Shown here piece by piece: positions 36,622-46,818 of a DNA stretch of 64,000 nt. This DNA comes from an uncultured Alphaproteobacteria bacterium (GTDB taxonomy: Bacteria; Pseudomonadota; Alphaproteobacteria; CAAHEQ01; UBA3637), in the NCBI GenBank assembly GCA_944392795.1, contig CALXXX010000006.1:18485-82484 (forward strand). The letters are read 5' to 3'. How positions within the stretch are numbered: position 1 is the stretch's first letter; each line of letters starts with the position of its first letter. The position numbers and the translations under genes were made by a program. The notes under the pieces were generated by a model, which did no database searches, was not told the DNA's origin, and saw only the letters and a program-made list of their open reading frames with translations.

Positions 36622-37482
36622 TTATTCTTGAGGTAGATGCCATCCTTCTTTTTTTGTATAAAAAAGAATTTTGTTAGTATGAAGATATTTATACTTATCC
36701 TTTTTGCGCCAAAGATGACGTTGTTTCCAAAGGTGATAAATTGTCTTTAAAGAAATTTTTTCTTTTCCTACAATTTCTTCCATTTCTTTTCGGTATTGAA
36801 AAATATTTTCTGATAATTGGCCAGGTCGGGTGCGGGCAGCGGCTAAAAAAGTGTTAGCTATATAAAGAGGCGTTTGTTGAGCAAAAGACCACCATAGATA
36901 AAAATCTCCGGCCAAATGAAAAGAAGAGAATTTTTTATAATTGAAATTATTCATTAACGAACGTCTCCAAAAAGTCGTTTCTTGTTGAATAAAAGGGAGT
37001 TGATTTCCATAATAACCTTTTAAAATATCTTGTTGAAAATATTCAAAAGGAAGACGATTAAAGATGATATTTCCTTTTTCGTCTGTCGTACATTGACGGC
37101 TGCATAACCAAGAAATCTGAGGATATTTGTCGAAAATGGAACAGGCAAACTCAAAGGCATTAGGTAGATAATAATCATCAGCGTTAATATAGGCCATAAT
37201 ATCCCCTGTTGCTAGTTTGAAGCCTTTTGCAATTCCGTCATACATACCTTGATCTTTTTCTGATATTACTTTCATTTCAATCCGAGGCTTTAGAAGAAGA
37301 TCTTGTTTTTGTTTTAAATTATCTTGAAAATTTGAAATGATCTGTAGGCTCTTATCAGAGGATAAGCCATCAATTATAATATACTCCAGATCAAAGTTTC
37401 CTTTTTGTGAAACGACACTGTTTAAGGTTTCATAAATATATTTATCGCAGTTGAGACAAGGTGTTATAATTGATATTTTCAT
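36622..37482 (-). CDS. Glycosyltransferase family 2
   Basis: ISIITPCLN...IIIDGLSSD...NADDY (DxD). Confidence 0.75.
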   Translation of the reverse strand: MKISIITPCLNCDKYIYETLNSVVSQKGNFDLEYIIIDGLSSDKSLQIISNFQDNLKQKQDLLLKPRIEMKVISEKDQGMYDGIAKGFKLATGDIMAYINADDYYLPNAFEFACSIFDKYPQISWLCSRQCTTDEKGNIIFNRLPFEYFQQDILKGYYGNQLPFIQQETTFWRRSLMNNFNYKKFSSFHLAGDFYLWWSFAQQTPLYIANTFLAAARTRPGQLSENIFQYRKEMEEIVGKEKISLKTIYHLWKQRHLWRKKDKYKYLHTNKILFYTKKEGWHLPQE

Positions 37483-37518
37483 CTTATAGTGGTTTCTTTT
37501 TAATTTATTTTTTTACTT

Positions 37519-38718
37519 TTAGTTTAATATTGTTTTTAGTAAAGTAAAGCAGTTTTTTGAAAAACTTTCTCGAGAGTAATGTTGTGTAAAATAATCTTGT
37601 AAAAAGCGGATGTCATTTTCAACTTCTGTCATATCTTTTTGATAAAAAGTATGTAGAGCTTCTTCAATTTCAGATATAGAACATGTTTCAAGATAAATAC
37701 CTTTTCCTTTAGGTAAATCAATTCCGGCATCTCGGCTAATAATAGGATATAAACCTGCGTTTAAAGCCGTAATTGCTGCGGTTGATGTTGCTTCTGAGCC
37801 AGAAGCATTTACGAAGGCAACGCATTTTGATAAAATTTGCTTGAACAAATCTGAATTAGGTTGAACTAAACCATAACAATGGATATTTTTTGTTTCAAAT
37901 AACTCTTTTTGATAGACTTCTACAAAATCTTTTTCTGACTGGATTTTTCCGGCAATGTGCAAATGCCATTCAGGGTGCTTTGAAAAAACTTCTAAAAGGC
38001 GATCTAAGCCTTTTAAAATAGCTCCTGCACCGCCGATCCATAAGATACCCCTGTCGCTAGGAGGAGGAATAAAATCTTTTTGTTTTGCTGTATTGCTTAA
38101 ATCGGAACCGGTTAAATTTAATAAGTGAATTTTTGAACGTAAATTTTTAGGGTATGTATTAAGGGTGTGCTTATTTCCAAGCAAAATAGCGATATCAGCT
38201 TTTTCTAAAGAAGAGCGCAATTCCTGAGCATCATCTAAAAAACGCTTAGGTTGACAACAAGCTTTTCTACGTTGATTAAGAGATTGGCATCTTTGTTGTT
38301 CTTTTTGATTCTGATAGAAAGGATCACTTCCTGTTAGATATTGTACTTTTAAGCAGTTCGGAGGTAGTTTCCAAAAATTAAAATGAGTTCCTAAATCAAT
38401 AATGACACGATAATCTTTATGTGGCTTAAAAAGAAGATTTTTGTAAAAAATAACATCAACATTGTAGCCTAGTTTAAGTAGAGATTGCACTAGTTCTTTA
38501 TTTTCCCATTGATTAGAGTGATATTGAAAAAGGCTTTTTTTCTTTGGTTCTATGGCCCAGTCTACTAGGTAAGAGACAAGAGCCCATGGAGCATCAGATT
38601 TTGTTATAAAAGAAGCTTCCTCTTTTATAAGAAGAGATGTTAAAAAAAGTTGTGCTTTATGGCGCATTTCTCTGTTTGGAATGAAGCAAGTTATGGCCTT
38701 TATTAATTTTTTTTTCAT
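37519..38718 (-). CDS. Glycosyltransferase family 4 (GT-B, GT1-clan)
   Basis: The C-terminal half (ILWIGGAG...FVNASGSEATSTAAITALNAGLYPI) is GT4-like. The start was reassigned to MKKKL, which overlaps the upstream stop (TAATG). Confidence 0.65.
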   Translation of the reverse strand: MKKKLIKAITCFIPNREMRHKAQLFLTSLLIKEEASFITKSDAPWALVSYLVDWAIEPKKKSLFQYHSNQWENKELVQSLLKLGYNVDVIFYKNLLFKPHKDYRVIIDLGTHFNFWKLPPNCLKVQYLTGSDPFYQNQKEQQRCQSLNQRRKACCQPKRFLDDAQELRSSLEKADIAILLGNKHTLNTYPKNLRSKIHLLNLTGSDLSNTAKQKDFIPPPSDRGILWIGGAGAILKGLDRLLEVFSKHPEWHLHIAGKIQSEKDFVEVYQKELFETKNIHCYGLVQPNSDLFKQILSKCVAFVNASGSEATSTAAITALNAGLYPIISRDAGIDLPKGKGIYLETCSISEIEEALHTFYQKDMTEVENDIRFLQDYFTQHYSRESFSKNCFTLLKTILN

Positions 38719-39551
38719 TATAATTTCTCCAATATTTTTCGCTTTAAGGAATTCGCTCCGATCCACAGACAAGATCGTCTGATTTCAGAAGAGGGACATT
38801 GATAAAGAGCTTTTAAAAGAGACAGAGGAAAAATATAGGTTTTTGCAATTTTTTCAAAATCAGCATGAGGACAAAATTGAGAATAGTTTTTACGATATAA
38901 GTAAACTTTTTCTTCGAGATGTAATTCTTCCTTTTGGTCTGTTAATCCGCCTCGGCGAAATGTTGCTAAAGTTTCTTTAATCGCAACGCCGTGATAGCCT
39001 TGAAGATAAAGGCGTAAAATTAAATCATAGTCTCCGATTAACTTGAATTTTTTATCAAAACCGCCTATTTTTTCGAAAATGTCTTTAAAAATAAACATTC
39101 CTGGATGTGGGAAAGGCATATTTCTCAATAATCGTTCCAGTTTTATTTTTCCGATTTCTTGTCCTTTTTTTTTCTCATTAAGAATGATAATAGGCGCATA
39201 AGAGAAATCATATCCTCTCGATAAAGCGTTGACAGCTAATTCAATTGCTTTCGAATTATGGAAATAATCATCGGAATTTAAGAAAGTTATAATCTCACCT
39301 TGAGAAAGTTGAGCTCCTGTATTCATAGCATCATAGATGCCTTGGTCCGGTTTTGAAATATATTTAATCCAGCCTTTTTGTTCATATTTCTTAAGAAGTT
39401 CAATTGTCCCGTCTGTAGAAGCGCCATCAATTATAATATGTTCTGTATCAGTATGGGTTTGTTGTTGGACACTTTTAAGCATTTGAACAAAAGTTTTAAC
39501 ACGTTTTGCTTGAATTAAATTGAAAACAATAGAGATAACTGATACTTTCAT
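38718..39551 (-). CDS. Glycosyltransferase family 2
   Basis: VSVISIVFN...IIIDGASTDGT...NSDDY (DxD). Confidence 0.75.
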   Translation of the reverse strand: MKVSVISIVFNLIQAKRVKTFVQMLKSVQQQTHTDTEHIIIDGASTDGTIELLKKYEQKGWIKYISKPDQGIYDAMNTGAQLSQGEIITFLNSDDYFHNSKAIELAVNALSRGYDFSYAPIIILNEKKKGQEIGKIKLERLLRNMPFPHPGMFIFKDIFEKIGGFDKKFKLIGDYDLILRLYLQGYHGVAIKETLATFRRGGLTDQKEELHLEEKVYLYRKNYSQFCPHADFEKIAKTYIFPLSLLKALYQCPSSEIRRSCLWIGANSLKRKILEKL

Positions 39552-39683
39552 TTATATCTTCCTTTAGTTTTGTTCAGCATAGGGAAAATCCGACGGAAAG
39601 TAAAGTTGTTTTTAAAAGAATGATATTTTTTGACTTTTAGAAGAAAAAAGATTAAAATCAGCTTATTTTAAAAGGAAAGAAAA

Positions 39684-41945
39684 ATGAAAATAGAACTTTT
39701 AGCACCGGCTGGAGATGTCGAGGCCGGATATGCAGCTCTTTATTATGGCGCAGATGCAGTTTATTTGGGGCTTCAACAATTTTCAGCACGAGCGACAGCA
39801 ACTAATTTTACACCGGAAGCATTAGCAGATTTTACAGGATATGCTCATTCTTTGAATAGAAGGGTTTATGTGACCGTTAATACTTTAGTCCAGGAAGCGG
39901 AGTTGAAAGATTTGCTTCAAACATTAGAGGCTTGTAGTGCTGCCAGCGTTGATGGCATCATTTTACAAGACTTGGGTGTGGCTCGCATTATTCGAGATAC
40001 TTTTCCTGAATTAGAACTCCACGCCAGTACACAAATGGCTGTTCATAATAAAGAGGGAGCTTTAGCTTTACAAAAATTGGGTTTTTCTCGAGTTGTTTTG
40101 GCAAGAGAGCTTAGTTTAAAAGAAATCAAAGAAATTGCCGCCTTGCCAAATCTTGAGACAGAGGCGTTTATTCACGGAGCTCTTTGTTATTCTTACAGCG
40201 GGTTATGTTTGTTTTCCTCAATGGAGACAGGAAAGAGCGCTAATCGCGGTAAATGTTTATATCCATGCCGTTCTTGCTTTGAAGGAAAAGAAGGTTCAGG
40301 GCATTTTTTTTCAATGAAAGATATGGCATTATGTGAGGATGTTTTAAAAATGCCTGTGACCAGTTTGAAAATAGAAGGTCGCAAGAAAAGTGCTCTTTAT
40401 GTAGCAGCAGTGACTGATTTTTATCGAAAAATTATGGACGGAAAAGGAGTAGATACACATTGTGAAGAAAATATTCGGCAAATTTTTTCACGTCCTTGGA
40501 CAAAATTCCATTTTAATGGAAAAGATAAAGAAGTGGTCGATCGAAATTTTGTTGGACATCGAGGACTTGAAATTGGCTCGGTTGAGGCCGCTTTTCAAGG
40601 AAAATTAATTTTCCATACAACTCATGCGATTGCCAGGTATGATGGTTTGCAAATTGATGTTGCCGGTTCTGAAAAACCTTTTGGTTTTTCTTTGGAAAAA
40701 ATGCGTCTTGCGGGGCGTTCTGTTTTTGAGGCTAAAGCAGGGGATAAGGTAGAGGTTTCTTTACCTTCGAATGCTCCCTTTGTTCGAAAAGGGGAAAAAA
40801 TTTATTTAGCTTCTTCTACGGCTGTTAAAGGCGCTTATCCTTATAAAAAGCCTAAATCGGGAGCTTTTATGCCTAAAAAACCTTTATGCGTTGAACTGAA
40901 AATTATGCCTTCTTTTTTAGAGGCTAAAGCTATGGATAAGGTTTGCAAAATGGAAGGAAATTTTGAAGTTGCCCAAAATCCCGAGAAAACGAACAACGCA
41001 GCTCAACAGGCCTTTAGTAAAACAGATCAATTTCCATTTTATTTATCAGATTTAAAAGTGGATAATTCACAATCCTTGTTTGTGCCTGTTTCTATATTAA
41101 ACGAATTACGCCGTCAATTATATCAAAAGTTGGAGATACAAAAAGATGTGCGAGTATTCCCTTCTTTACCAATGGCCTTGTCGGCGAGAAAAAAAGTTTT
41201 TGCAGTGAAAACAGATTCAGCAGAACTTTTAAAAAAGCTGGATTTATCACAAATGAATGAGATTATTTATTTACTGAATCCACAATCCGATATTCATATT
41301 TTGAAAGATCTGCCGAAGAATAAGGTTCGTTTAGCTTTGCCGACAGTTTGTCGTCATCCGATGGTTTTTGCTCCTCTCGTAGAGAAATTATTGGAACAGG
41401 GGTATAAAAAATGGGAAATCGGAAATCTGTGGGGATTGTCGATTTTACCCAAAAAGGGAATAGATATCAGTTTTGATACACCTCTTTATATGATGAATAC
41501 GCAAGCTTTTGCAATGGCTAAAGAAATAGGGGCGACACGAGCTTGTTTTGCTATAGAGGATACTTTGGAAAATATTCAAAAATTAGATCAACAAGCTTGT
41601 ATTGAAACAACTTTTGTTATTTATCAAGATGTCCCCTTGTTTACAAGTGCCGTATGTGTTCGTTCTAACGCTTGTCAAGATTGTTTAAAAGGTAAAAAGT
41701 GGTTTGAAATTAAACAGGGGAAAGAGCAATATGATATCTTATCTCAAAATTGTGAAACAAAAGTTTTTGGCAGAAAGCCTCTTTGTTTGGCAAAAGAAGC
41801 AGCCTCTGTTCCGGCCGATTTTTATCGCATTGATTTCGTGGATAAGGCTTATTCCGTTGAGAGGGCTGCCTATTTAATTAAAGAACTTTGTCAGTTTAAA
41901 GACGTTCCGAACATAAGTAAAGGAAATATGTTCCGGCGACTTTAA
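39684..41945 (+). CDS. Long U32-family peptidase-like protein (YdcP/RlhA-like, with C-terminal extension)
   Basis: N-terminal U32 fold motifs ELLAPAGD...AVYLG, Cys cluster CYSYSGLC...CLYPCRSC, 753 aa. Confidence 0.7.
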   Translation: MKIELLAPAGDVEAGYAALYYGADAVYLGLQQFSARATATNFTPEALADFTGYAHSLNRRVYVTVNTLVQEAELKDLLQTLEACSAASVDGIILQDLGVARIIRDTFPELELHASTQMAVHNKEGALALQKLGFSRVVLARELSLKEIKEIAALPNLETEAFIHGALCYSYSGLCLFSSMETGKSANRGKCLYPCRSCFEGKEGSGHFFSMKDMALCEDVLKMPVTSLKIEGRKKSALYVAAVTDFYRKIMDGKGVDTHCEENIRQIFSRPWTKFHFNGKDKEVVDRNFVGHRGLEIGSVEAAFQGKLIFHTTHAIARYDGLQIDVAGSEKPFGFSLEKMRLAGRSVFEAKAGDKVEVSLPSNAPFVRKGEKIYLASSTAVKGAYPYKKPKSGAFMPKKPLCVELKIMPSFLEAKAMDKVCKMEGNFEVAQNPEKTNNAAQQAFSKTDQFPFYLSDLKVDNSQSLFVPVSILNELRRQLYQKLEIQKDVRVFPSLPMALSARKKVFAVKTDSAELLKKLDLSQMNEIIYLLNPQSDIHILKDLPKNKVRLALPTVCRHPMVFAPLVEKLLEQGYKKWEIGNLWGLSILPKKGIDISFDTPLYMMNTQAFAMAKEIGATRACFAIEDTLENIQKLDQQACIETTFVIYQDVPLFTSAVCVRSNACQDCLKGKKWFEIKQGKEQYDILSQNCETKVFGRKPLCLAKEAASVPADFYRIDFVDKAYSVERAAYLIKELCQFKDVPNISKGNMFRRL

Positions 41946-43789
41946 TTGTTCTCTAATTTTTCTCCTAATTGCAACCAACATTCTTCTGCAGAAGAAATAA
42001 GATTATCAATGGTTGATAACTCTTTTTGTAGGTTTGTAATTTCCTCAGAACTTAAAGGTGAGGTAAATTTCTGTTCTATATTTTTCTTTTTTTGATAAAG
42101 TTTTTCCATTTCTGATTCAAGCTGCTGCATTTCTTTTCGTAAAGGAGCTAAAGAAGCTCTTTTTTCGGCTTTACGCTTACGTTCTTCTCTGGCGGAGATT
42201 GTTTCTTTTTTTGTTTTTTCTATTTCTTCGGTTGTTTTTTCTAAAAGAAGCTTTTTATAATCTTCCAAGTCTCCATTAAAAGGTTTACAAGTTTGATTTT
42301 GAATAAGCCATAGCTTATCGGCAATAAGTTCAATTAAATGTAAGTCGTGCGTAATCAGGATAACCGCTCCTTCATAAGCGTTTAAGGCCTCTATTAACGC
42401 CTCTCTTGCATCCATATCCAGATGATTTGTCGGTTCGTCTAGAATTAACAAGGCTGGTGCTTCATAACACATGGCTGCAAAAAGAAGACGAGCTTTTTCT
42501 CCGCCGGAGAGCTTCCAGATAACGGTTAAAGCTTTTTCTCCTTCTAATCCAAAGCGAGCTAAATGAGAGCGAACTTTTGTTTCGGTGGCTTCTTTCATTA
42601 AGTGAGAAATAAAGGTAAGAGGCGTTTGTCCTAAAGGAAGTTCTTCTGCCTGATGTTGAGCAAAATAACCGACGGCCAGTTTTTTCGAATGTGTTATTGA
42701 GCCTTCCAGAAGTTTTAAACGTCCTGCTAAAAGTTTGGCAAAAGTTGATTTACCATTGCCGTTTGCGCCTAATAGGGCGATACGATCATCGCTATTGATT
42801 TGAAGTGTTAAATTTTTTAAAACAGCTTTTTCATTATAACCAACCGCTCCTTTTTCAAGCGAAATCAAAGGTGGCGCTAAATGAAGCGGATTGGGAAAGT
42901 CAAAGCGAGCTCCTCCTTCATCAGTCAGAAGGGTAATCGTTTTCATTTTTTCTAACATTTTAAGGCGGCTTTGAGCTTGTTTAGCTTTTGTTGCTTTGTA
43001 GCGAAAACGGTCTACGAAAGATTGCAAGTGCTGTCGTCTTTGTTCTTGCTTTGCCGCAAGTTTTTGTAACAGTTCTTGTTTTTGAGCCCGTGTTTGAGTA
43101 AAGGTATCATAGTTTCCGCTATAAAGTGTTAGTCCTTGATGTTCCAAATGCAAAATTTGGGTGCACAATGTATTAAGAATGGTTCTATCATGACTGATGA
43201 GCAGAAGCGTTCCTCTGTATTTTTGTAAATGAGAGACAAGCCATAAGACGGCTTCCAAGTCCAGATGATTTGTTGGTTCATCCAATAAAAGAGTATCCGA
43301 AGGGGCAAATAATGTTCCGGCTAACGCAACACGCATACGCCATCCTCCTGAAAATTCGGAAAGAGGACGGTAAATATCTTCTTCTTTAAAACCTAAACCG
43401 GTTAAAATATGGGCTGCGCGAGCAGGTGCACTATCAGCTTCAATCATTGTAAGACGTTCATGAATGTCGGCTAATTCATCCGGTCTTGCTACTTTTAGCT
43501 TTTCTAACAGATGTGTTCGTTCTATATCTTTTTGTAAAACGTAGTCTAAAAGAGATAATGAGAGATTTTTTAACTCTTGCTCCATATATGAAATTCGAGT
43601 TTTTGAGGGAAAGGAAACAGAGCCTGTTTCTGTTCCTATTTCTCCCAACAAAACACGAAATAGTGTTGATTTTCCACAACCGTTCAATCCAACCAGCCCG
43701 ACTTTTTGTCGGTCAGAAATATGGGCGCTGGCGTGTGAGAGTAAAATTTTAGAGCCCATACGCACAGTAATGTCATTTATGTCAATCAT
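41942..43789 (-). CDS. ABC-F family ATPase (Uup/YheS-like; two ABC domains plus C-terminal coiled coil)
   Basis: Two Walker A motifs (GLNGCGKST, GANGNGKST), two LSGG signatures, and a C-terminal KKETISAREERKRKAEKR coiled coil. Confidence 0.85.
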   Translation of the reverse strand: MIDINDITVRMGSKILLSHASAHISDRQKVGLVGLNGCGKSTLFRVLLGEIGTETGSVSFPSKTRISYMEQELKNLSLSLLDYVLQKDIERTHLLEKLKVARPDELADIHERLTMIEADSAPARAAHILTGLGFKEEDIYRPLSEFSGGWRMRVALAGTLFAPSDTLLLDEPTNHLDLEAVLWLVSHLQKYRGTLLLISHDRTILNTLCTQILHLEHQGLTLYSGNYDTFTQTRAQKQELLQKLAAKQEQRRQHLQSFVDRFRYKATKAKQAQSRLKMLEKMKTITLLTDEGGARFDFPNPLHLAPPLISLEKGAVGYNEKAVLKNLTLQINSDDRIALLGANGNGKSTFAKLLAGRLKLLEGSITHSKKLAVGYFAQHQAEELPLGQTPLTFISHLMKEATETKVRSHLARFGLEGEKALTVIWKLSGGEKARLLFAAMCYEAPALLILDEPTNHLDMDAREALIEALNAYEGAVILITHDLHLIELIADKLWLIQNQTCKPFNGDLEDYKKLLLEKTTEEIEKTKKETISAREERKRKAEKRASLAPLRKEMQQLESEMEKLYQKKKNIEQKFTSPLSSEEITNLQKELSTIDNLISSAEECWLQLGEKLENN

Positions 43790-43890
43790 GAAGGATAGAG
43801 TATCAAAAACTAGGATTATTGTAAAGTTTTTGATAAAGGGCTTGAAAAAATAAATATGATTGTTCTATATTTAATCCAAAGGGGAATAGG

Positions 43891-45009
43891 ATGTTCTTTT
43901 TTATAACAACAATTTTAACGATTTTAGTCGCAGCTTACATTATTAAATCTTTGGTGTTGCCTCTTTCTGCGGCTTTATGGATTAAAATGATTTTAGCCGG
44001 ATTGATTTTAATTGGTTCTCAAAAAATGGGAATTTATTGGCTTTTGGGAAACATTTTCCCTGTGTTGCAAATGAGAGGTGTTATGATTTTCTTTGGAATT
44101 GCTCAAGCCTGGATTTTTATTATGTTCTTGGGTGTTATAGTGTTAAATCTGTTGAGCTTATTTAAGGTTTTTATTCCAGGGGCTTTGCCGATTATGTTAA
44201 TTGGCACTTTTTTTATTGCTGTTTTTTCCGTGTGGCAAGCTTTGCGTGTCCCTAGTGTTAAGGAGGTAAAAGTTGCTTTGAAAGAACTTCCTTCATCCTG
44301 GCAACCACTTCGGATAGTTCAATTGTCTGATTTGCATATCGGTTCTGGATTTAACGGAAAATGGTTAAAACAGGTCGTTACAAAAGTAAATGATTTATCT
44401 CCTGATTTAATTGTGATTACGGGAGATTTGATAGATGGTTCACCAGCTCAGCTGATGCCTGATTTAGAGCCGTTAAAAGACTTAAAAGCTGCTCAAGGTG
44501 TGTTTATGGTTTATGGTAATCATGAGTATTATTACGGGCCGGAACGATGGATGCCTGCGTTTAAGGAGTTAGGTTTAGATTTAGTTATGAATGAAGCGCG
44601 GCTTTTAACTCATCATGAAACAGCTTTTGCTGTGGGAGGCTTACCGATGCCTGGTGCTAATCGATTTAGTTTGCCCGGACCGCAATTATCTAAAACTTTT
44701 GAAAATATAGGTGGTAATGTTCCCCGTTTTTTGATGGCTCATTATCCAAGCCAAGTTTCGGACGCTGCAAAGCATCAGGTTCTTTTACAGTTTTCTGGCC
44801 ATACACATGGCGGACAGTTGTTTTGGCCTTTTAACCTTTTAGCATCTTCTGCAAATAATGGGTTCTTAAAAGGTTTTTATCAAGTCGGGCCAACACGACT
44901 ATATGTTAGTTCCGGGACCGGTTTGTGGGGAGGTTTCCCCGTCAGGTTGGGAACGAGTCCGGAAATTACACTTTTTATTGTCGAAAAAGCGGAAAAGCTC
45001 GACGCATAA
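43891..45009 (+). CDS. Membrane-anchored calcineurin-like metallophosphoesterase
   Basis: About four N-terminal TM helices, then DLHIG...GDLID...GNHE...GHTHGG. Confidence 0.75.
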   Translation: MFFFITTILTILVAAYIIKSLVLPLSAALWIKMILAGLILIGSQKMGIYWLLGNIFPVLQMRGVMIFFGIAQAWIFIMFLGVIVLNLLSLFKVFIPGALPIMLIGTFFIAVFSVWQALRVPSVKEVKVALKELPSSWQPLRIVQLSDLHIGSGFNGKWLKQVVTKVNDLSPDLIVITGDLIDGSPAQLMPDLEPLKDLKAAQGVFMVYGNHEYYYGPERWMPAFKELGLDLVMNEARLLTHHETAFAVGGLPMPGANRFSLPGPQLSKTFENIGGNVPRFLMAHYPSQVSDAAKHQVLLQFSGHTHGGQLFWPFNLLASSANNGFLKGFYQVGPTRLYVSSGTGLWGGFPVRLGTSPEITLFIVEKAEKLDA

Positions 45010-45706
45010 TATTTTCAATTTCTTCACATCTTGTAGTGTCTTCTTGGTGTAAGACAAAACCTGGATGTAAAGAAAATGGTTTTTGCGAACCAAGTGTTCC
45101 TTGTATTAAAACACGTTTTGGCATTTTTCCGGCTCTCGGCCAAAAAGGAACTAAAATAATTCCGCCTAATTTTTCGGAAAGGATAGAAAGAATTTCAGGG
45201 ACTCTTTCAGTTCGGTGTATCAATGTGAGCGTTCCTTTTGGTTTTACCTTTTTGATACAGAAATGAAGCCATGTCGATAATGGAACACTTTCTTGATGTG
45301 CGATAGCAATTGTTTTGTTTTGTCGTTGAGGCGTTTCTGTAAAATAAGGAGGATTTGTGACGACATGATCAAATGTTTTACCAATAAGCTCTTTTGGCGG
45401 ATGAGCAACATCTCCTTTTAAAATTTGCATTTCAACTTGGTTTAAAACAGCATTTTCTTTGGCTAGTTCTATCATTTCATCTTGGATTTCTAAGCCTGTT
45501 AAGGAGAGCCCTTTAATGCGTGCTTCTAAACAAAGAGAAACAGCTCCTGTTCCCAACCCCACATCTAAAATACTTTGTCCGGATTTTGCCTGTATAGATG
45601 CAGCTAATAAAACGGCATCGCTTGTTGCCCGATATCCGTCTTTTAATTGTTTTAAGCGCACAAGACCGCCCAAAAAATCATCTGTTGTATAATCATTCAT
45701 AAGCAT
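44975..45706 (-). CDS. SAM-dependent N6-adenine methyltransferase (tRNA m6A37 TrmN6/YfiC-like)
   Basis: SAM motif LDVGLGTGAV and N6-MTase motif VTNPPYF. Confidence 0.7.
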   Translation of the reverse strand: MLMNDYTTDDFLGGLVRLKQLKDGYRATSDAVLLAASIQAKSGQSILDVGLGTGAVSLCLEARIKGLSLTGLEIQDEMIELAKENAVLNQVEMQILKGDVAHPPKELIGKTFDHVVTNPPYFTETPQRQNKTIAIAHQESVPLSTWLHFCIKKVKPKGTLTLIHRTERVPEILSILSEKLGGIILVPFWPRAGKMPKRVLIQGTLGSQKPFSLHPGFVLHQEDTTRCEEIENIMRRAFPLFRQ

Positions 45707-45718
45707 TCGTTTTAAAAA

Positions 45719-46165
45719 TTAGCGACTTTGTCCACGATTAGCAGGGAAACGTCCAAAATTGCCAATCATTTCTTCCCACATACTTAAGTCTTTTCCATAA
45801 GTTTCTGTTTCGTCTTTGTCATAGGGTATTTCTATCCCATCGGCTAAGGTTAATTCTTGGATTTTTTCAACGACACCATCTTTGTTGAAAGTAATGACAT
45901 CAACATTTCTTTCAATTTCTTCTGGCGGCAGGAATGCACGTTGTTGTTCTTTCGATGCAATATAAAGCCATGTTTCTTTTTCAAAAAGAGTAATAGATGT
46001 CGGAGACCCTATCAAACGAGTAACATCTTCTTTTGTGTGCTTACCTGTCTTTATGGCATGCAAACGAGTATCAGAAGGTGTATCACCGACTTGATTGGTC
46101 GGAAGATTACACGCTGTTAAACAAAGCCAACAAAAAGCACAAAAAAATAAACTTATCTTGCTCAT
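45719..46165 (-). CDS. bamE: Outer-membrane lipoprotein BamE (SmpA/OmlA)-like
   Basis: Lipobox LTAC, then GKHTKEDVTRLIGSP. Confidence 0.6.
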   Translation of the reverse strand: MSKISLFFCAFCWLCLTACNLPTNQVGDTPSDTRLHAIKTGKHTKEDVTRLIGSPTSITLFEKETWLYIASKEQQRAFLPPEEIERNVDVITFNKDGVVEKIQELTLADGIEIPYDKDETETYGKDLSMWEEMIGNFGRFPANRGQSR

Positions 46166-46229
46166 TTTTATCTTCTTTCTTATAATCTATTTAAGATATA
46201 GTCGAAAAATACAAAAAAGGAAAGAAAAA

Positions 46230-46766
46230 ATGCAACAATCTTCAGAGATGCCTTATTTAATAGATATTTATAAAATTCCAGAAAAAGGCAAAGAATTAAT
46301 AATTAAAGCTAATGCTGAACAATGTGTGGCTATTGCTAAAAGATTGAAAATCCCAGCTGTTTTATCTTTGACAGCTTCTGCTAATATAACAAAAGGTTCC
46401 TCTATTCGAGTTCAATGTCGTTTTGAGGCCGATTTAAAACAAAATTGTGTGATTACATTGGAAACAATTCAAACACATGTTCAAGGGAAATTTGAAGAAT
46501 TTTTTACGCCTTCTTCTGGAAGTTGTAAAAAAAATGATATCATTGAACTGGATATGGAGAACGAGGACCCCTTACCTTTGGAAGGGCATGAATTAGATGT
46601 CGGAGAGTTAATTTTAGAGCATTTGTCTCTGTCAATGAACCCGTATCCAAAGAAAGAAGGCTTGCCAGAAGATTTCTTTTTTAAAGATGAAAACTTCGAT
46701 TCTCCTAAACAAGAAAGTCCTTTTGCAAAACTAGCTGATTTAAAGTTGAAAAAAGGCTCAACTTGA
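46230..46766 (+). CDS. yceD: YceD/DUF177-family protein
   Basis: ATG at 46230 with the RBS aaaaaagga. Acidic C-terminus. The family size and position fit, but no rpmF follows. Confidence 0.5.
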   Translation: MQQSSEMPYLIDIYKIPEKGKELIIKANAEQCVAIAKRLKIPAVLSLTASANITKGSSIRVQCRFEADLKQNCVITLETIQTHVQGKFEEFFTPSSGSCKKNDIIELDMENEDPLPLEGHELDVGELILEHLSLSMNPYPKKEGLPEDFFFKDENFDSPKQESPFAKLADLKLKKGST

Positions 46767-46818
46767 TTTTATCTGTAAATTATGTTAGATTCAACCTGTT
46801 TAAAAAGAGGAGGGTGTG

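Noticed and set aside
43891-44100. The N-terminal TM region of the metallophosphoesterase, considered as a possible separate small membrane protein gene.
   Set aside because: The frame is continuous with the catalytic domain, and the architecture (TM anchor plus calcineurin-like domain) is common.
44975-45009. The 35-nt convergent overlap between the metallophosphoesterase and methyltransferase ORFs, considered as a possible frameshift or pseudogene signal.
   Set aside because: Both proteins have complete motif sets to their C-termini. Small convergent overlaps occur in compact genomes, and there is no evidence of disruption.
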